A stretch of 64,000 bases of DNA from an uncultured Planctomycetia bacterium (GCA_964629655.1 CAZVQU010000001.1:164056-228055), one strand, 5' to 3'. Counted from the first letter of the stretch, positions 25,239-35,188 are shown. Numbers and translations are program-made. Notes: generated by a model from the sequence alone, not told the origin.

Positions 25239-27176
25239 ATGGAAAAGTTCAAGCTAGATAGATTCCAAGAAGAAGCAATTAATGCCAGTAAAAATAACCA
25301 CTCAGTAATTGTAAGTGCACCTACCGGAGCAGGAAAGACTCTAATCGCTGAATACATAATTGAAGATTGCATAAAAAATAATAAGGGAATAATCTATACC
25401 GCTCCAATAAAAGCCCTAAGCAACCAGAAATTCCGAGACTTCTCTAAAAAATACCCTCGAAAGACCGGCATTCTTACCGGGGATGTAAGCATAAACAGAA
25501 ATGCTCCGATCTTAATTATGACTACTGAGATTTTCCGTAATGCTATTCTGGTAAATCCCCAAGAGTTTGCGCATCGAGAGTGGATAATCTTTGATGAGAT
25601 TCACTACCTTGATGATATTGAAAGAGGCACTGTCTGGGAAGAAGCAATAATACTACTGCCTAAACAGATGAGAATATTGGCTTTAAGCGCAACTATTCCT
25701 AATATTGACCAATTTACAGGGTGGTTACGGAAAATCCACAGTTTTCCCTTAAAAGTAATAGTCGAAGGCGTAAGGCCAGTTCCTCTACACTTCTTCTTTC
25801 AATCTAATAATCAGATATTTTATAATTTTTCAAAATTAAAAGAATCTGATCTCCTGCGTAAAACCTTAAAAAGCCCAACCTATCAGGAAAAATACATATT
25901 CTCTAAACCAAATAAGACTAAAAACCTCTTAAAGGGCATAAATGATCTTAAGGGCTACCCTTGTGTATACTTCTCCTTCTCGCGGCGAAGATGTGAAGAG
26001 CTGGCTCATGAAACCGGACAATTTGACTTTCTCGATGGTGATGAAAAGAATAGAATGGCAGAAATGTTCGATAACCTATTAGATAAATTTAGTATCTCCT
26101 CCTCGCCTCATGTAAGTTTTCTGGAGCCCCTTATCAAAAGAGGTATTGCTTACCACCATGCCGGACTCTTACCGACTCTAAAAGAAGTTATTGAAAGGCT
26201 CTTTACCACTGGCTTGATAAAGCTAATTTTTACTACTGAAACCTTTGCCTTGGGAATAAATATGCCGGCAAAAACAGTTATCTTTAACTCTCTCAGCAAA
26301 TTCTATGGGAGATACCATGGCTATTTAAAGACTCGGGATTTTTATCAGATGGCTGGACGGGCCGGACGACGAGGAATCGATGAGGAAGGATTTGTATTCT
26401 CCCGAATAAACCCCTCTCACATAGACATATCTTCTTTAGAAAAGATAATTTACGGAAACTATGAACCTATCCAGAGCCAACTTAATTCTTGTTATGCTAC
26501 CATCTTAAATCTCTACAAAATAATGGCCGATAAAATTTATGATATCTATCCCAAATCTTTTCATTGTTACCAAGGCAAAACCTGGAAGAAGAAAGAAGTC
26601 TTAAGTCTTCTAAAAAGGAAAATATCTTTACTTAAGGACCTCGGTTACATCAAAGGAACAGAAATAACCCAAAAAGCACAACTAGCTGCTAAAGTCTACA
26701 GTTTTGAGCTAGCTATTGGGGAGCTATTTGAAGCTGGATTCTTAGACAGCCTCAAGGAAGAAGATTTATTCGTATTCGTAACTGCCTTAGTTTATGAGCC
26801 AAGAAAAGGAGATAAAAAACCTAAGTTAACCAAAAAGACAAAAGCCCTAAAGCGCGGAATAGATAAATTCATAAAAGACATACACAACCAAGAGAGACGT
26901 TTTCGTATCTATCCTTTAAGTAAAAAATTCTTCTTTTATCTAAGCGGAATCTGCCAGATGTGGTTTGCTGGAGCAAGTTTTTCAAAAATAAGCCAGCATT
27001 GTACTATAGACGAAGGTGAAATAGTAAGATACTTTAGAATGGCTATCCAAGTATTGAGAGAGATAAACACATCTAGCGCTATAACCGAATCCTTAAAAAT
27101 AAAGATCTCAAATTGTTTAAAAAAAGTAAATCGCGATGTCGTAGATGCTGAAAAGCAACTGCGCCAAGAGATATGA
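25239..27176 (+). CDS. Ski2/HelY-like DEAD/DEAH-box RNA helicase
   Basis: APTGAGKT, APIKALSNQKFRDF, DEIH, LSAT, GIAYHHAGLLP, QMAGRAGRRGID, C-terminal DEGEIVR (DSHCT-like). Confidence 0.93.
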   Translation: MEKFKLDRFQEEAINASKNNHSVIVSAPTGAGKTLIAEYIIEDCIKNNKGIIYTAPIKALSNQKFRDFSKKYPRKTGILTGDVSINRNAPILIMTTEIFRNAILVNPQEFAHREWIIFDEIHYLDDIERGTVWEEAIILLPKQMRILALSATIPNIDQFTGWLRKIHSFPLKVIVEGVRPVPLHFFFQSNNQIFYNFSKLKESDLLRKTLKSPTYQEKYIFSKPNKTKNLLKGINDLKGYPCVYFSFSRRRCEELAHETGQFDFLDGDEKNRMAEMFDNLLDKFSISSSPHVSFLEPLIKRGIAYHHAGLLPTLKEVIERLFTTGLIKLIFTTETFALGINMPAKTVIFNSLSKFYGRYHGYLKTRDFYQMAGRAGRRGIDEEGFVFSRINPSHIDISSLEKIIYGNYEPIQSQLNSCYATILNLYKIMADKIYDIYPKSFHCYQGKTWKKKEVLSLLKRKISLLKDLGYIKGTEITQKAQLAAKVYSFELAIGELFEAGFLDSLKEEDLFVFVTALVYEPRKGDKKPKLTKKTKALKRGIDKFIKDIHNQERRFRIYPLSKKFFFYLSGICQMWFAGASFSKISQHCTIDEGEIVRYFRMAIQVLREINTSSAITESLKIKISNCLKKVNRDVVDAEKQLRQEI

Positions 27177-27216
27177 CACCTAAGATCCTTCGTCTTCGCG
27201 GCCTCAGGATCAAGGC

Positions 27217-27236
27217 AAATCTGCTTTCGCAGTTTT
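27217..27236 (+). terminator. Possible intrinsic terminator after helicase
   Basis: CTGC-TTTC-GCAG followed by TTTT; short stem. Confidence 0.4.
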
Positions 27237-27276
27237 ACCTTGACAATGTTCTTTTTTTCAGTATATTAGACTACCT

Positions 27277-27531
27277 ATGAGCAGAAAATGTGAAATTTGT
27301 AGAAAAAAGGCAATGACTGGCAATACTATCACCAGAAGGGGTATGCCTAAGAAAAAAGGCGGGGTAGGCTTAAAAACTACCGGAATAACTAAGAGGAGAT
27401 TCCTCCCTAATCTTCAATCAAAGAGGATTATTGTAAATGGTAAGGTAAAAAAGGTTCTTGTCTGCGCAAAATGTATAAAAAGCGGTAAACTAACCCTTCC
27501 CTTGAGAAAGCCTGCAGTCTCTAATAGTTAA
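27277..27531 (+). CDS. rpmB: 50S ribosomal protein L28
   Basis: MSRKCEIC..GN, TKRRFLPNLQ, VCAKCIKSG; TTGACA at 27240 upstream. Confidence 0.96.
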   Translation: MSRKCEICRKKAMTGNTITRRGMPKKKGGVGLKTTGITKRRFLPNLQSKRIIVNGKVKKVLVCAKCIKSGKLTLPLRKPAVSNS

Positions 27532-29160
27532 TTTAGGAGCATTGTGGTAGTAGTTAACCTGAAGGGAGAATACTATGTCAAAACTATCGGCATAGTCGAT
27601 AATCTCTAAAATATCCTTATCATAACAAATAGCTTCGTAAGTCCTTTCACTATTTTCAAGCCATAGAGAATAAAAGGAATTAATCTTCTTGGGTGCGCCT
27701 TTTTTAGAGACATTATAGGCAGCGAAAAGAGGCTTGGAGTTACCTTCTCCATAAGGCTTTAACTTCTCTAAGCCCTCAGCAAGCTCCATATCTATATTAC
27801 TAAAATCTATAAGAGCGTCTACACTAATTGTAGGGATAAAATCTTGGGGCGATAAATCCTCCTTTATTAAAGCATTGATTTTTTCCCTGAAATTCTCCAC
27901 TTCCTCTCTTTCAATCTCTACTCCGGCTGCCTTGCTATGGCCGCCATAGGCAAGCAAAGAATCAGCGCACCTATCTAGCATCTCTATCAGATGCACGCTC
28001 TCTATAGAACGGGCAGAACCTTTTCCGGAATCTTGGTCAAGGGAAAATACAAAAGAAGGCCGATAATACTTATCGGCTAAGCGGGAAGCCACAATGCCTA
28101 AGACTCCAGGATGCCAACCATCTCCGGAGACAACAATTGCATGTTCGCTGCCGCCGTCATCTCCGATCCTTTGCTCAGCCTCCTTTAAAATCTGCGCTTC
28201 TATAGACCGCCGTAACTTATTATATTCGCCTAACTTAGAAGCTAAATCGTGAGCTTTATTCTCATCTTCAGTTAAGAATAACTCTAAAGACTCTCGGGCA
28301 TGGGCAACCCGACCTGAAGCATTAATCCTTGGGCCAAGAATATAACCAATATGAAAAGTATCTATATTCTCCTGCTTTAGGCTGCCGGCCTTACAAAGAG
28401 CTTTTATGGCTAATCGCGGGCTTTGCCTAATTGCCTCTAGCCCTCCTCTTAATAATGCTCTATTTTCCCCCTTTAAAGGGACAACATCACAGACTAAAGA
28501 CAGAGCAACTAAATCTAAAACTTGCTCGGGCAAAGAATCTGTTAAAGCCTGCAATAACTTAAAAGATAGAGCGCCGGCACTTAAATCCTTACAAGGATAC
28601 TTCGAGTCTTTCCGCTTAGGATTAACAAAAGCAAACGGCTTAATTGAATTTTCCCCTATTAGGTGGTGGTCAACTACAATAACATCTATCTTAAGTGATT
28701 CCGCCAATGCTATCTCTTCCACTGCCCCAGTACCACAATCAAAAGTAATAATTAAGCTTACTTCCTCCTCTTTTGCTCTGGCAATAGCTTCCCTATTCAA
28801 GCCATAACCTTCTTCTACGCGATGAGGAATATAAAAAGAGAATAGACTGGAAAATTCTTTTGAAAACTCGTGAAAGATAGCCAAAGAAGTAATCCCGTCA
28901 ACGTCATAGTCGCCAAAGACAAGTACCTTCTCCTTTTCTTTAACAGCTTGTTTAATTCTAGCTACGGCCTTTTCAATATCGGGAAGCAAAGATGGACAAT
29001 GAAGGCTAGAAAACTTAGGATTAAGAACGTTCTTGAAATCTTCTTGTTTTATCCCCCGATTAAGGAAAATCTGGACTAGGAAGGTAGACATACCATAGAT
29101 TTTAGCCAGTTCCCTAGCCTTAGGGTTTAATTCTTTTACCTTCCACAAATGTCTTCTCAT
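27490..29160 (-). CDS. recJ: Single-stranded-DNA exonuclease RecJ
   Basis: GDYDVDG, PHRVEEGYGL, VDHH, GPRINASGR, GSARS, GGHSKAAG. Confidence 0.97.
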   Translation of the reverse strand: MRRHLWKVKELNPKARELAKIYGMSTFLVQIFLNRGIKQEDFKNVLNPKFSSLHCPSLLPDIEKAVARIKQAVKEKEKVLVFGDYDVDGITSLAIFHEFSKEFSSLFSFYIPHRVEEGYGLNREAIARAKEEEVSLIITFDCGTGAVEEIALAESLKIDVIVVDHHLIGENSIKPFAFVNPKRKDSKYPCKDLSAGALSFKLLQALTDSLPEQVLDLVALSLVCDVVPLKGENRALLRGGLEAIRQSPRLAIKALCKAGSLKQENIDTFHIGYILGPRINASGRVAHARESLELFLTEDENKAHDLASKLGEYNKLRRSIEAQILKEAEQRIGDDGGSEHAIVVSGDGWHPGVLGIVASRLADKYYRPSFVFSLDQDSGKGSARSIESVHLIEMLDRCADSLLAYGGHSKAAGVEIEREEVENFREKINALIKEDLSPQDFIPTISVDALIDFSNIDMELAEGLEKLKPYGEGNSKPLFAAYNVSKKGAPKKINSFYSLWLENSERTYEAICYDKDILEIIDYADSFDIVFSLQVNYYHNAPKLTIRDCRLSQGKG

Positions 29161-29177
29161 TTTAAAAAGGGAGTTAC

Positions 29178-30782
29178 TTACATTCTCTCAGCCGGCTTGA
29201 TGCCTAAGAGAGAAAGGCCGCAATGGAAAACTATTCTTACGGCGCTAACCAGATTAATTCTTGCTTGGGATATTTTTCTATCCTCATCCAATACTCTTTT
29301 CTTCTCATAAAACTTATGAAAGCTAGCGGCTAAATTCTTTAAAAACTCAATAATAAAAACCGGCTCTTGTGAGTAGTAAGCTTTTTCAAGACAATATGAG
29401 AACTGTAGCAATGCCCGAAGAAGCGCTAACTCTTCCGAGTCCTTTAGGAACTTACTAAAATTACTCTTGGCAGAGACCTTCTTAATCTTTCTAAAGATAC
29501 TTTCGATCCGAACACAAACATACTGAATATAATACAAAGGGTTATTAAAAGAAGCTTCTTTGGCAAGATCGATATCAAATTCAAGGTGTGAAGAGTTTCT
29601 ACGAGTAAGATAGTAGAATCTTGCAGTATCAGGCCCAACATCTTTAATTAAATCCGAAAGCAGAATCATTGTTCCGGCTCTCTTAGACATCCGCTCTTTG
29701 GTTTTTAATGTTACTAACTGAATTATAATTATCTTTAAGATATCCTGATCATGCTTTAAGGCTTTTATAGCTGATTTTACCCTCTTTATGTAGCCGTGAT
29801 GATCCGGCCCCCATAAATTTATCAACTTATTAAACCTACGATCAATCTTATCTTTATGATAAGCAATATCTGAAGCAAAGTAGGTAAGTTCTCCATCAGC
29901 CTTCTTAATAACCCTATCCTTATCATCACCGAACTTAGTCGAAAGAAACCACATGGCGCCGTCTTTCTCATAAATCAGGCCTTTTTTCTTTAAAGTATCA
30001 ATGGCGCTGTCGACTTTTTTACTGCTAATCAGCTTTTTCTGGCTAAACCAATTATCAAACTTTATGCCTAAAGTATTAAGATCCTTTTTGATAAGCTCGG
30101 TCATCTCTTTAATAATCTTTTTTCTTAAGCGATTACGATTCGATTCTAATTTAATAATCGAGACGCTACTTGCAGTCTTGCTAACATATTCGCCTTTATA
30201 CCCCCCTTCGGGGATAGAAACATCCTCGCCTCTATTTTCTTTAATCCTTGTTTTAACAGAATCAACTAAAAGCTCTATCTGACGGCCTTCATCATTTAAG
30301 TAATACTCTCTTTTGACATCATTACCGAAAAATTCCAATACATTAGCAATCGCATCACCGACTACTGCCTGGCGGCCATGGGCTACTGAGAGCGGACCAG
30401 TAGGGTTTGCACTTAAGAATTCAATAAGCACCTTTTTCTTAATCTGGCTGCGGAAAAACTTATCTTTATCTTTAAGAACTTTATTTAGAGAATGTATGAG
30501 GGTCTTTGGAGAAATAAATATATTGATGAAACCCGGCCTTAGAATCTCTATTTTATCGACATCCTTAGAAAGCGCCTCTTCCAAAGACATCTTTATCTGG
30601 GCAGCAATCTCTAAAGGATCCTTTTTGAGATGCGAAGCAAGTTTTAAAGCTACCATCGAAGATAAATCTCCAAACTCCTGCTTCTGGGGTAGTTCCCATA
30701 AAGGATGCTCCAAAGAAAAATCGTAATCCTTCTTTATTATTTTTTCTAGAACATGAGAAACCTTCTCTTGGAAACTTCTCAT
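29178..30782 (-). CDS. argS: Arginine--tRNA ligase
   Basis: PGFIN, EFLSANPTGPL, TYFASDIAYH, MSKRAG, NPLYYIQY, C-terminal ERM. Confidence 0.97.
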   Translation of the reverse strand: MRSFQEKVSHVLEKIIKKDYDFSLEHPLWELPQKQEFGDLSSMVALKLASHLKKDPLEIAAQIKMSLEEALSKDVDKIEILRPGFINIFISPKTLIHSLNKVLKDKDKFFRSQIKKKVLIEFLSANPTGPLSVAHGRQAVVGDAIANVLEFFGNDVKREYYLNDEGRQIELLVDSVKTRIKENRGEDVSIPEGGYKGEYVSKTASSVSIIKLESNRNRLRKKIIKEMTELIKKDLNTLGIKFDNWFSQKKLISSKKVDSAIDTLKKKGLIYEKDGAMWFLSTKFGDDKDRVIKKADGELTYFASDIAYHKDKIDRRFNKLINLWGPDHHGYIKRVKSAIKALKHDQDILKIIIIQLVTLKTKERMSKRAGTMILLSDLIKDVGPDTARFYYLTRRNSSHLEFDIDLAKEASFNNPLYYIQYVCVRIESIFRKIKKVSAKSNFSKFLKDSEELALLRALLQFSYCLEKAYYSQEPVFIIEFLKNLAASFHKFYEKKRVLDEDRKISQARINLVSAVRIVFHCGLSLLGIKPAERM

Positions 30783-30785
30783 CGT

Positions 30786-31862
30786 TTAAATTCCTGCTAC
30801 TTTTAATAGTGTCTTAACGTCAGATTTGACAACTGGAGGGCGTTTTATGCTCTTTATAGCAATATTAGGGTCTTTAAGGCCGTGTCCGGTAAGAGTACAG
30901 GCAATAATTATCTTCTTCTTCCTGTTTTTTAGTTTCTTGAAGAATCCTCTTTTGTTTAGCATAAATAATCCAGCCACCGAAGCTGCTGAAGCCGGCTCAA
31001 CAAAGACTCCTTCCTCTGAGGCTAAAAACTTATAGGCCGAAAGTATCTGACTATCACTCACAGCCTCAATTAATCCCTTAGATTCCTTGCGGGCCGCTAG
31101 AGCTTGCTTCCAGCTTGCCGGATTCCCAATCTTAATAGCAGTGGCAATTGTTTTAGGCTTGCTTATTGGATGGCCTTTTACAATCGGAGCTGAACCCTTT
31201 GCTTGGAAACCACACATACGCGGTAAGTATTTTATTTTTTTATAAGAATAGTACTCTTTATAACCCTTCCAGTAAGCAGTTATATTACCGGCATTACCTA
31301 CTGGTAAACAATGAAAATCAGGAGCAGTTCCCAGAAAATCGCAAACCTCAAAAGAAGCTGTCTTCTGGCCTTCAATACGATGAGGATTTATAGAATTTAC
31401 TAACCTTATTGGATAATCGCAAGCTATTTCTCTAACTACCTTAAAAGCATCATCAAAGTTTCCCTTTACCGCTACCACCTTGGCATTATGGATAAGAGCC
31501 TGAGCTAACTTTCCTAAAGCGATTGCTCCCTCAGGTATTACTACAATACACTTTAAGTTTGCTTGAGCCGAATAAGCAGCAGCTGAAGCTGAAGTATTCC
31601 CGGTTGAAGCACAAATCACAGCCCGTGCCCCCTCTTCCTTGGCTTTAGAAATAGCCATAGTCATTCCCCGGTCCTTAAAAGAACCTGTCGGATTGATGCC
31701 TTCATATTTAAGATATACCTTAAAATTACTACCTAAGATAGCTGAAATCTTCTTAGCATGTATTAAAGGAGTGTTCCCCTCCTGAAGAGTTATCAGAGGA
31801 GTTTTCTTTGTTACTGGTAGATACCTTTTGTAACGGGCTATAACCCCATTGTAAAGACTCAT
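30786..31862 (-). CDS. thrC: Threonine synthase
   Basis: EGNTPL, NPTGSFKDRG, CASTGNTSAS, PVGNAGNI, TGHGLKDP. Confidence 0.97.
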   Translation of the reverse strand: MSLYNGVIARYKRYLPVTKKTPLITLQEGNTPLIHAKKISAILGSNFKVYLKYEGINPTGSFKDRGMTMAISKAKEEGARAVICASTGNTSASAAAYSAQANLKCIVVIPEGAIALGKLAQALIHNAKVVAVKGNFDDAFKVVREIACDYPIRLVNSINPHRIEGQKTASFEVCDFLGTAPDFHCLPVGNAGNITAYWKGYKEYYSYKKIKYLPRMCGFQAKGSAPIVKGHPISKPKTIATAIKIGNPASWKQALAARKESKGLIEAVSDSQILSAYKFLASEEGVFVEPASAASVAGLFMLNKRGFFKKLKNRKKKIIIACTLTGHGLKDPNIAIKSIKRPPVVKSDVKTLLKVAGI

Positions 31863-33130
31863 AAATCCTCTATTCTTATTCTCTGAGAAGGACCTTTGAT
31901 TACCTTTAGACTGTCAATTTCAGCCAAAGCTTTTCTAACGCTCTCCTCTCTAGCCTCATGAGTAAGCATAATAATCGGTACGACCCTTCCTCTATTCCTC
32001 TCTTTTTGAGTTACTGAGGCAATACTGATATTCAAAGAAGTAAGTATTTTAGAAATCTTTGCTAATACACCGGGATAATCTTGAGCCATAAATCTTATGT
32101 AGTAGCGAGCCCTGACATCTTTTATATTTTGAATAGAAACTTTTTCTTTCCTTCCAATAACCATACCTTGACCAGAAGCGATACTGACAATATCAGATAT
32201 AACCGCAGACGAAGTAGGTACTCCCCCGGCTCCTTCTCCGCGAAAGAGAAGCTCACCGGCTGGTTGAGTATCAAGATAAACTGCATTGTAAGCTAAAGAA
32301 ACATGAGAAAGCGGATGCTCCATAGATACCAGCGTAGGATGTACGCGCAGATCCAAAGAATTCTTTCCTTTCTTGGCTATAGCTAATAGTTTTATTCGGT
32401 AATTTAACTTCTGCGCATAGAGAATATCCAAGAGAGATATCTTGGAAATCCCTTCAGTATAGACTTTGTTTGATGACGGCCACACACCATAGCAAAGATA
32501 ACTTAAGATACACAGCTTATGAAGAGTATCTTTGCCTTCAATGTCTAGACGCGGACTTCTTTCAGCCAGTCCATTATCCTGAGCTTGACTGAGAGCTTGC
32601 TTAAAATCAATATTTTCCTTGGCCATCTTATAGAGAATATAATTAGTTGTTCCGTTAAGTATTCCGTATATCTTCTTAACTTCACAACTTATTAAACCTT
32701 GAGAAATGCTCTTTATAAGAGGGATAGCTCCGCAAACAGAAGCTTCAAAGCCAATGCTTCTGTTTTTCCGCTTAGCTAAGGAAAAAATTTGCTTACCCGA
32801 AGATGCTAGGAGAGCCTTATTAGCAGTTACAACATCTTTACCTTTTCTTAAAGCCTCCTCAATAAAAGCACCTGCGGGCTTAATCCCTCCGACTAATTCC
32901 ACAATAATATCTATCTGAGGATCATTGATTAATTCCTGAGGATTTGAGGAAAATGAAAGGCCTAACCTCTTAGCAACTTTTCTCTTAGCCTTATCTTTAT
33001 CACATACCTTCTTTACCACTATGCGCAAAGGAACCCGTCTACTGATTAATGCAGAGTACTTCTTCAAAGATTTTGCTACAGACTCTCCGACATGACCCAA
33101 ACCGATTATTCCTATTTTTTTAATTATCAT
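31859..33130 (-). CDS. hom: Homoserine dehydrogenase with ACT domain
   Basis: GLGHVG, VVTANKA, FEASV.GAIP, GILNGTTNYIL, C-terminal DYPGVLAKI. Confidence 0.96.
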   Translation of the reverse strand: MIIKKIGIIGLGHVGESVAKSLKKYSALISRRVPLRIVVKKVCDKDKAKRKVAKRLGLSFSSNPQELINDPQIDIIVELVGGIKPAGAFIEEALRKGKDVVTANKALLASSGKQIFSLAKRKNRSIGFEASVCGAIPLIKSISQGLISCEVKKIYGILNGTTNYILYKMAKENIDFKQALSQAQDNGLAERSPRLDIEGKDTLHKLCILSYLCYGVWPSSNKVYTEGISKISLLDILYAQKLNYRIKLLAIAKKGKNSLDLRVHPTLVSMEHPLSHVSLAYNAVYLDTQPAGELLFRGEGAGGVPTSSAVISDIVSIASGQGMVIGRKEKVSIQNIKDVRARYYIRFMAQDYPGVLAKISKILTSLNISIASVTQKERNRGRVVPIIMLTHEAREESVRKALAEIDSLKVIKGPSQRIRIEDL

Positions 33131-33477
33131 TTTAAACTTTCCTTAATAAATTCGCCTAATTTCTTAAAAAAGTTATCATCCAAGCCTACGAAACTAACCC
33201 TAGTCTCATAAACTAAATCTCGAACTATCTCCCGAGAATCAATAACCTCCCCTTCGAGTTCTATTCTTTGAGGAATAAAAGGGATTCTCAAATTCATGGT
33301 TAAACGAGTACCCTTCTTAAATGACTTGTTAGTATTAAGAAGCGCTCCTCCCTGGCTAACATCTTTAGTCTGGGAAAGATCATAGCTGCTTTCCAACTCT
33401 TGAATCCGATAGTTAATCACAAAATTACCGTTTATTCTCGGATGTTCTCTTTTTTCTTGACCCTTGGGATCTGTCAT
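33127..33477 (-). CDS. PilZ domain protein
   Basis: EKREHPR (RxxxR) and DVSQGG (DxSxxG) c-di-GMP-binding motifs. Confidence 0.88.
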   Translation of the reverse strand: MTDPKGQEKREHPRINGNFVINYRIQELESSYDLSQTKDVSQGGALLNTNKSFKKGTRLTMNLRIPFIPQRIELEGEVIDSREIVRDLVYETRVSFVGLDDNFFKKLGEFIKESLK

Positions 33478-33498
33478 TTTGCCCCCTTTTTGCTAACT

Positions 33499-33577
33499 TG
33501 GTCGGGAGAGTGGGATTTGAACCCACGGCCCCTTGCACCCCATGCAAGTGCGCTAATCCGAGCTGCGCCACCTCCCG
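33499..33577 (-). tRNA. tRNA-Pro(GGG)
   Basis: CGGGAGGTGGCGCAGC...CTTGC-ATGGGGT-GCAAG...GGTTCAAATCC...CCCGACCA. Confidence 0.96.
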
Positions 33578-33605
33578 TATAGTCAATAATTAACAAACAA
33601 CAAGG

Positions 33606-33634
33606 ATTTTATCACGATTTAGAAGTGTCATCAA
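33606..33634 (-). promoter_or_regulatory. Promoter for tRNA-Pro (copy 1 of duplicated promoter)
   Basis: TTGATG-N17-TAAAAT with TGn. Confidence 0.65.
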
Positions 33635-33684
33635 GGTAAATGTAGTATGGAAAAGGGCCGGAAACCATCCAGGTTGTTGATTCT

Positions 33685-34110
33685 CTAATAATAGTGAAAG
33701 GTTATATTTAAAATATCGTGTCTTCCCACTACACCAACAAGTTTATCCTTGTCAAAAACTGGTATAGTGTGAACATTCTTCTTGTGCATGATAGCCATAG
33801 CCTTTGCGACTTTTGTATCTTTTTGAAGCGATACTATACATCTGCTTGCTAAATCACCTACTTCTCGTTTAGAAATCTCCTTTAGGGCATTTTCTCTATG
33901 GCCCCCCTTAGAAAGAACCTCATCTATAACCCTAAATAAATCTGTAGTAGTAAAAATTCCCATTAATTTGCTCTTATCGTCTTTGGCGACTACTAATATT
34001 CCGTTTATACGATAGCGAAATAGTAGATGAGCTACATCGCCAACACCAACATCCTCTTTCACCGTTATAGGATGTTCGCACATAATATCCTTTAAGGATA
34101 ATTTCAGCAT
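33685..34110 (-). CDS. CBS domain pair protein
   Basis: DIMCEHPITV, LMGIFTTTDL, IPVFD.DKLVGVVGRHDIL. Confidence 0.9.
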   Translation of the reverse strand: MLKLSLKDIMCEHPITVKEDVGVGDVAHLLFRYRINGILVVAKDDKSKLMGIFTTTDLFRVIDEVLSKGGHRENALKEISKREVGDLASRCIVSLQKDTKVAKAMAIMHKKNVHTIPVFDKDKLVGVVGRHDILNITFHYY

Positions 34111-34118
34111 TTTTCTTT

Positions 34119-34961
34119 TTAATCTCTTTCCCAGAAACTGGGATTGACCTGAAGTAACTCTAAAAACACTTTCACAACCCTAGGATCTAATTGAGTTCCT
34201 GAGACTTTCTCCAGTTCTGCCAGGATAGTATCTTTAGATAGCGGTTTTCTGTATGGCCTTGCTGAATTCATAGCGTCAAAAGTATCAGCGACTGCCATAA
34301 TTCGTGCTCCTGGGGATATTTCCTCACCCTTAATTCCTTCAGGGTATCCTCCTCCAGCATACCTTTCGTGGTGATGAAGAATTATCTCTTTCTCAACAGG
34401 TAAGAATTTTAAAGGCTCGAGTATTTCTAAACCTCTTTGAGGATGCCCCTTCATAATTTTCCACTCTTCGTCGTTAAGCTTGCCGGGCTTATTTAAAATA
34501 CTATCACCAATGCTTATCTTTCCTAAATCATGTAATATACCAGCTCGCTCTACAATCTTTTGCTCCTCTTGCGAAAAACCCATAGCTTTAGCTATAGCCA
34601 GAGCATATTGAGACACTCTCTTAGTATGGCCACGTACATAAGTATCTTTTGCTTCCTCAGTTAGAATCAAAACAGCAATAGTGTCGATTTCTGCTTCTTG
34701 CAATCTCTTCTGGGCAACAATAAGAGCCTCATTCAAGGACTGCAACCGATATCTATCTCTGAGTTCCTGGACCCAAAGGTAAGCTATCAAGGCTAATACC
34801 GTGCCAAGGATAATCTCACTGGATATTATAACTGCATTGGGGTAGACCACTACAGCATATAGGTGAAAAAAGACAATAAGGAAAATAATTGCTACGATCC
34901 AAAGCTTAAAGGTATCGCTTAGAAAAGCTCTACCTTTTCCATTTTTCTCAGGTTTACTCAT
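34119..34961 (-). CDS. Membrane-anchored HD-GYP c-di-GMP phosphodiesterase
   Basis: 2 TMs; EAKD.Y..GH..RV, LHDLGK, HHHERY.G.GYP, AVADTFDAM.S.RPYR. Confidence 0.92.
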   Translation of the reverse strand: MSKPEKNGKGRAFLSDTFKLWIVAIIFLIVFFHLYAVVVYPNAVIISSEIILGTVLALIAYLWVQELRDRYRLQSLNEALIVAQKRLQEAEIDTIAVLILTEEAKDTYVRGHTKRVSQYALAIAKAMGFSQEEQKIVERAGILHDLGKISIGDSILNKPGKLNDEEWKIMKGHPQRGLEILEPLKFLPVEKEIILHHHERYAGGGYPEGIKGEEISPGARIMAVADTFDAMNSARPYRKPLSKDTILAELEKVSGTQLDPRVVKVFLELLQVNPSFWERD

Positions 34962-34996
34962 TGTAATATTCAGTTAATAATTCTCTGTGCTTAAAA

Positions 34997-35025
34997 ATTT
35001 TATCACGATTCAGAAACATCATCAA
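34997..35025 (-). promoter_or_regulatory. Promoter for HD-GYP/CBS (copy 2 of duplicated promoter)
   Basis: TTGATG-N17-TAAAAT with TGn; 30/35 nt identical to 33606-33640. Confidence 0.65.
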
Positions 35026-35120
35026 GGCAAAATATATATTGAAAACAAAGGCTGAAAACGCTTTTACAGCTAACTACACATACCTTGAAAGAGCAAATTG
35101 CCATATGTTATACTTAACCC

Positions 35121-35178
35121 AAAGAGGGTTTGAAGGTTAGACCAAACCAAGGGGGCGAGGAGCCCCCTACTTTTTTTT
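35121..35178 (+). ncRNA. Putative small RNA (~58 nt)
   Basis: Upstream TTGAAA (35085) N18 TATACT (35109) with TGn extension; hairpin GGTTTG/CAAACC; terminator AGGGGGC-GAGGA-GCCCCCT-AC-T8; no ORF. Confidence 0.45.
35150..35178 (+). terminator. Intrinsic terminator (possibly bidirectional)
   Basis: 7-bp GC-rich stem followed by T8 on plus strand; lies 10 nt beyond the gpsA stop. Confidence 0.8.
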
Positions 35179-35188
35179 ATAGCTATTC

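Noticed and set aside
27490-27531. Convergent 42-bp overlap of rpmB and recJ 3' ends
   Set aside because: Common in compact genomes; both proteins look intact.
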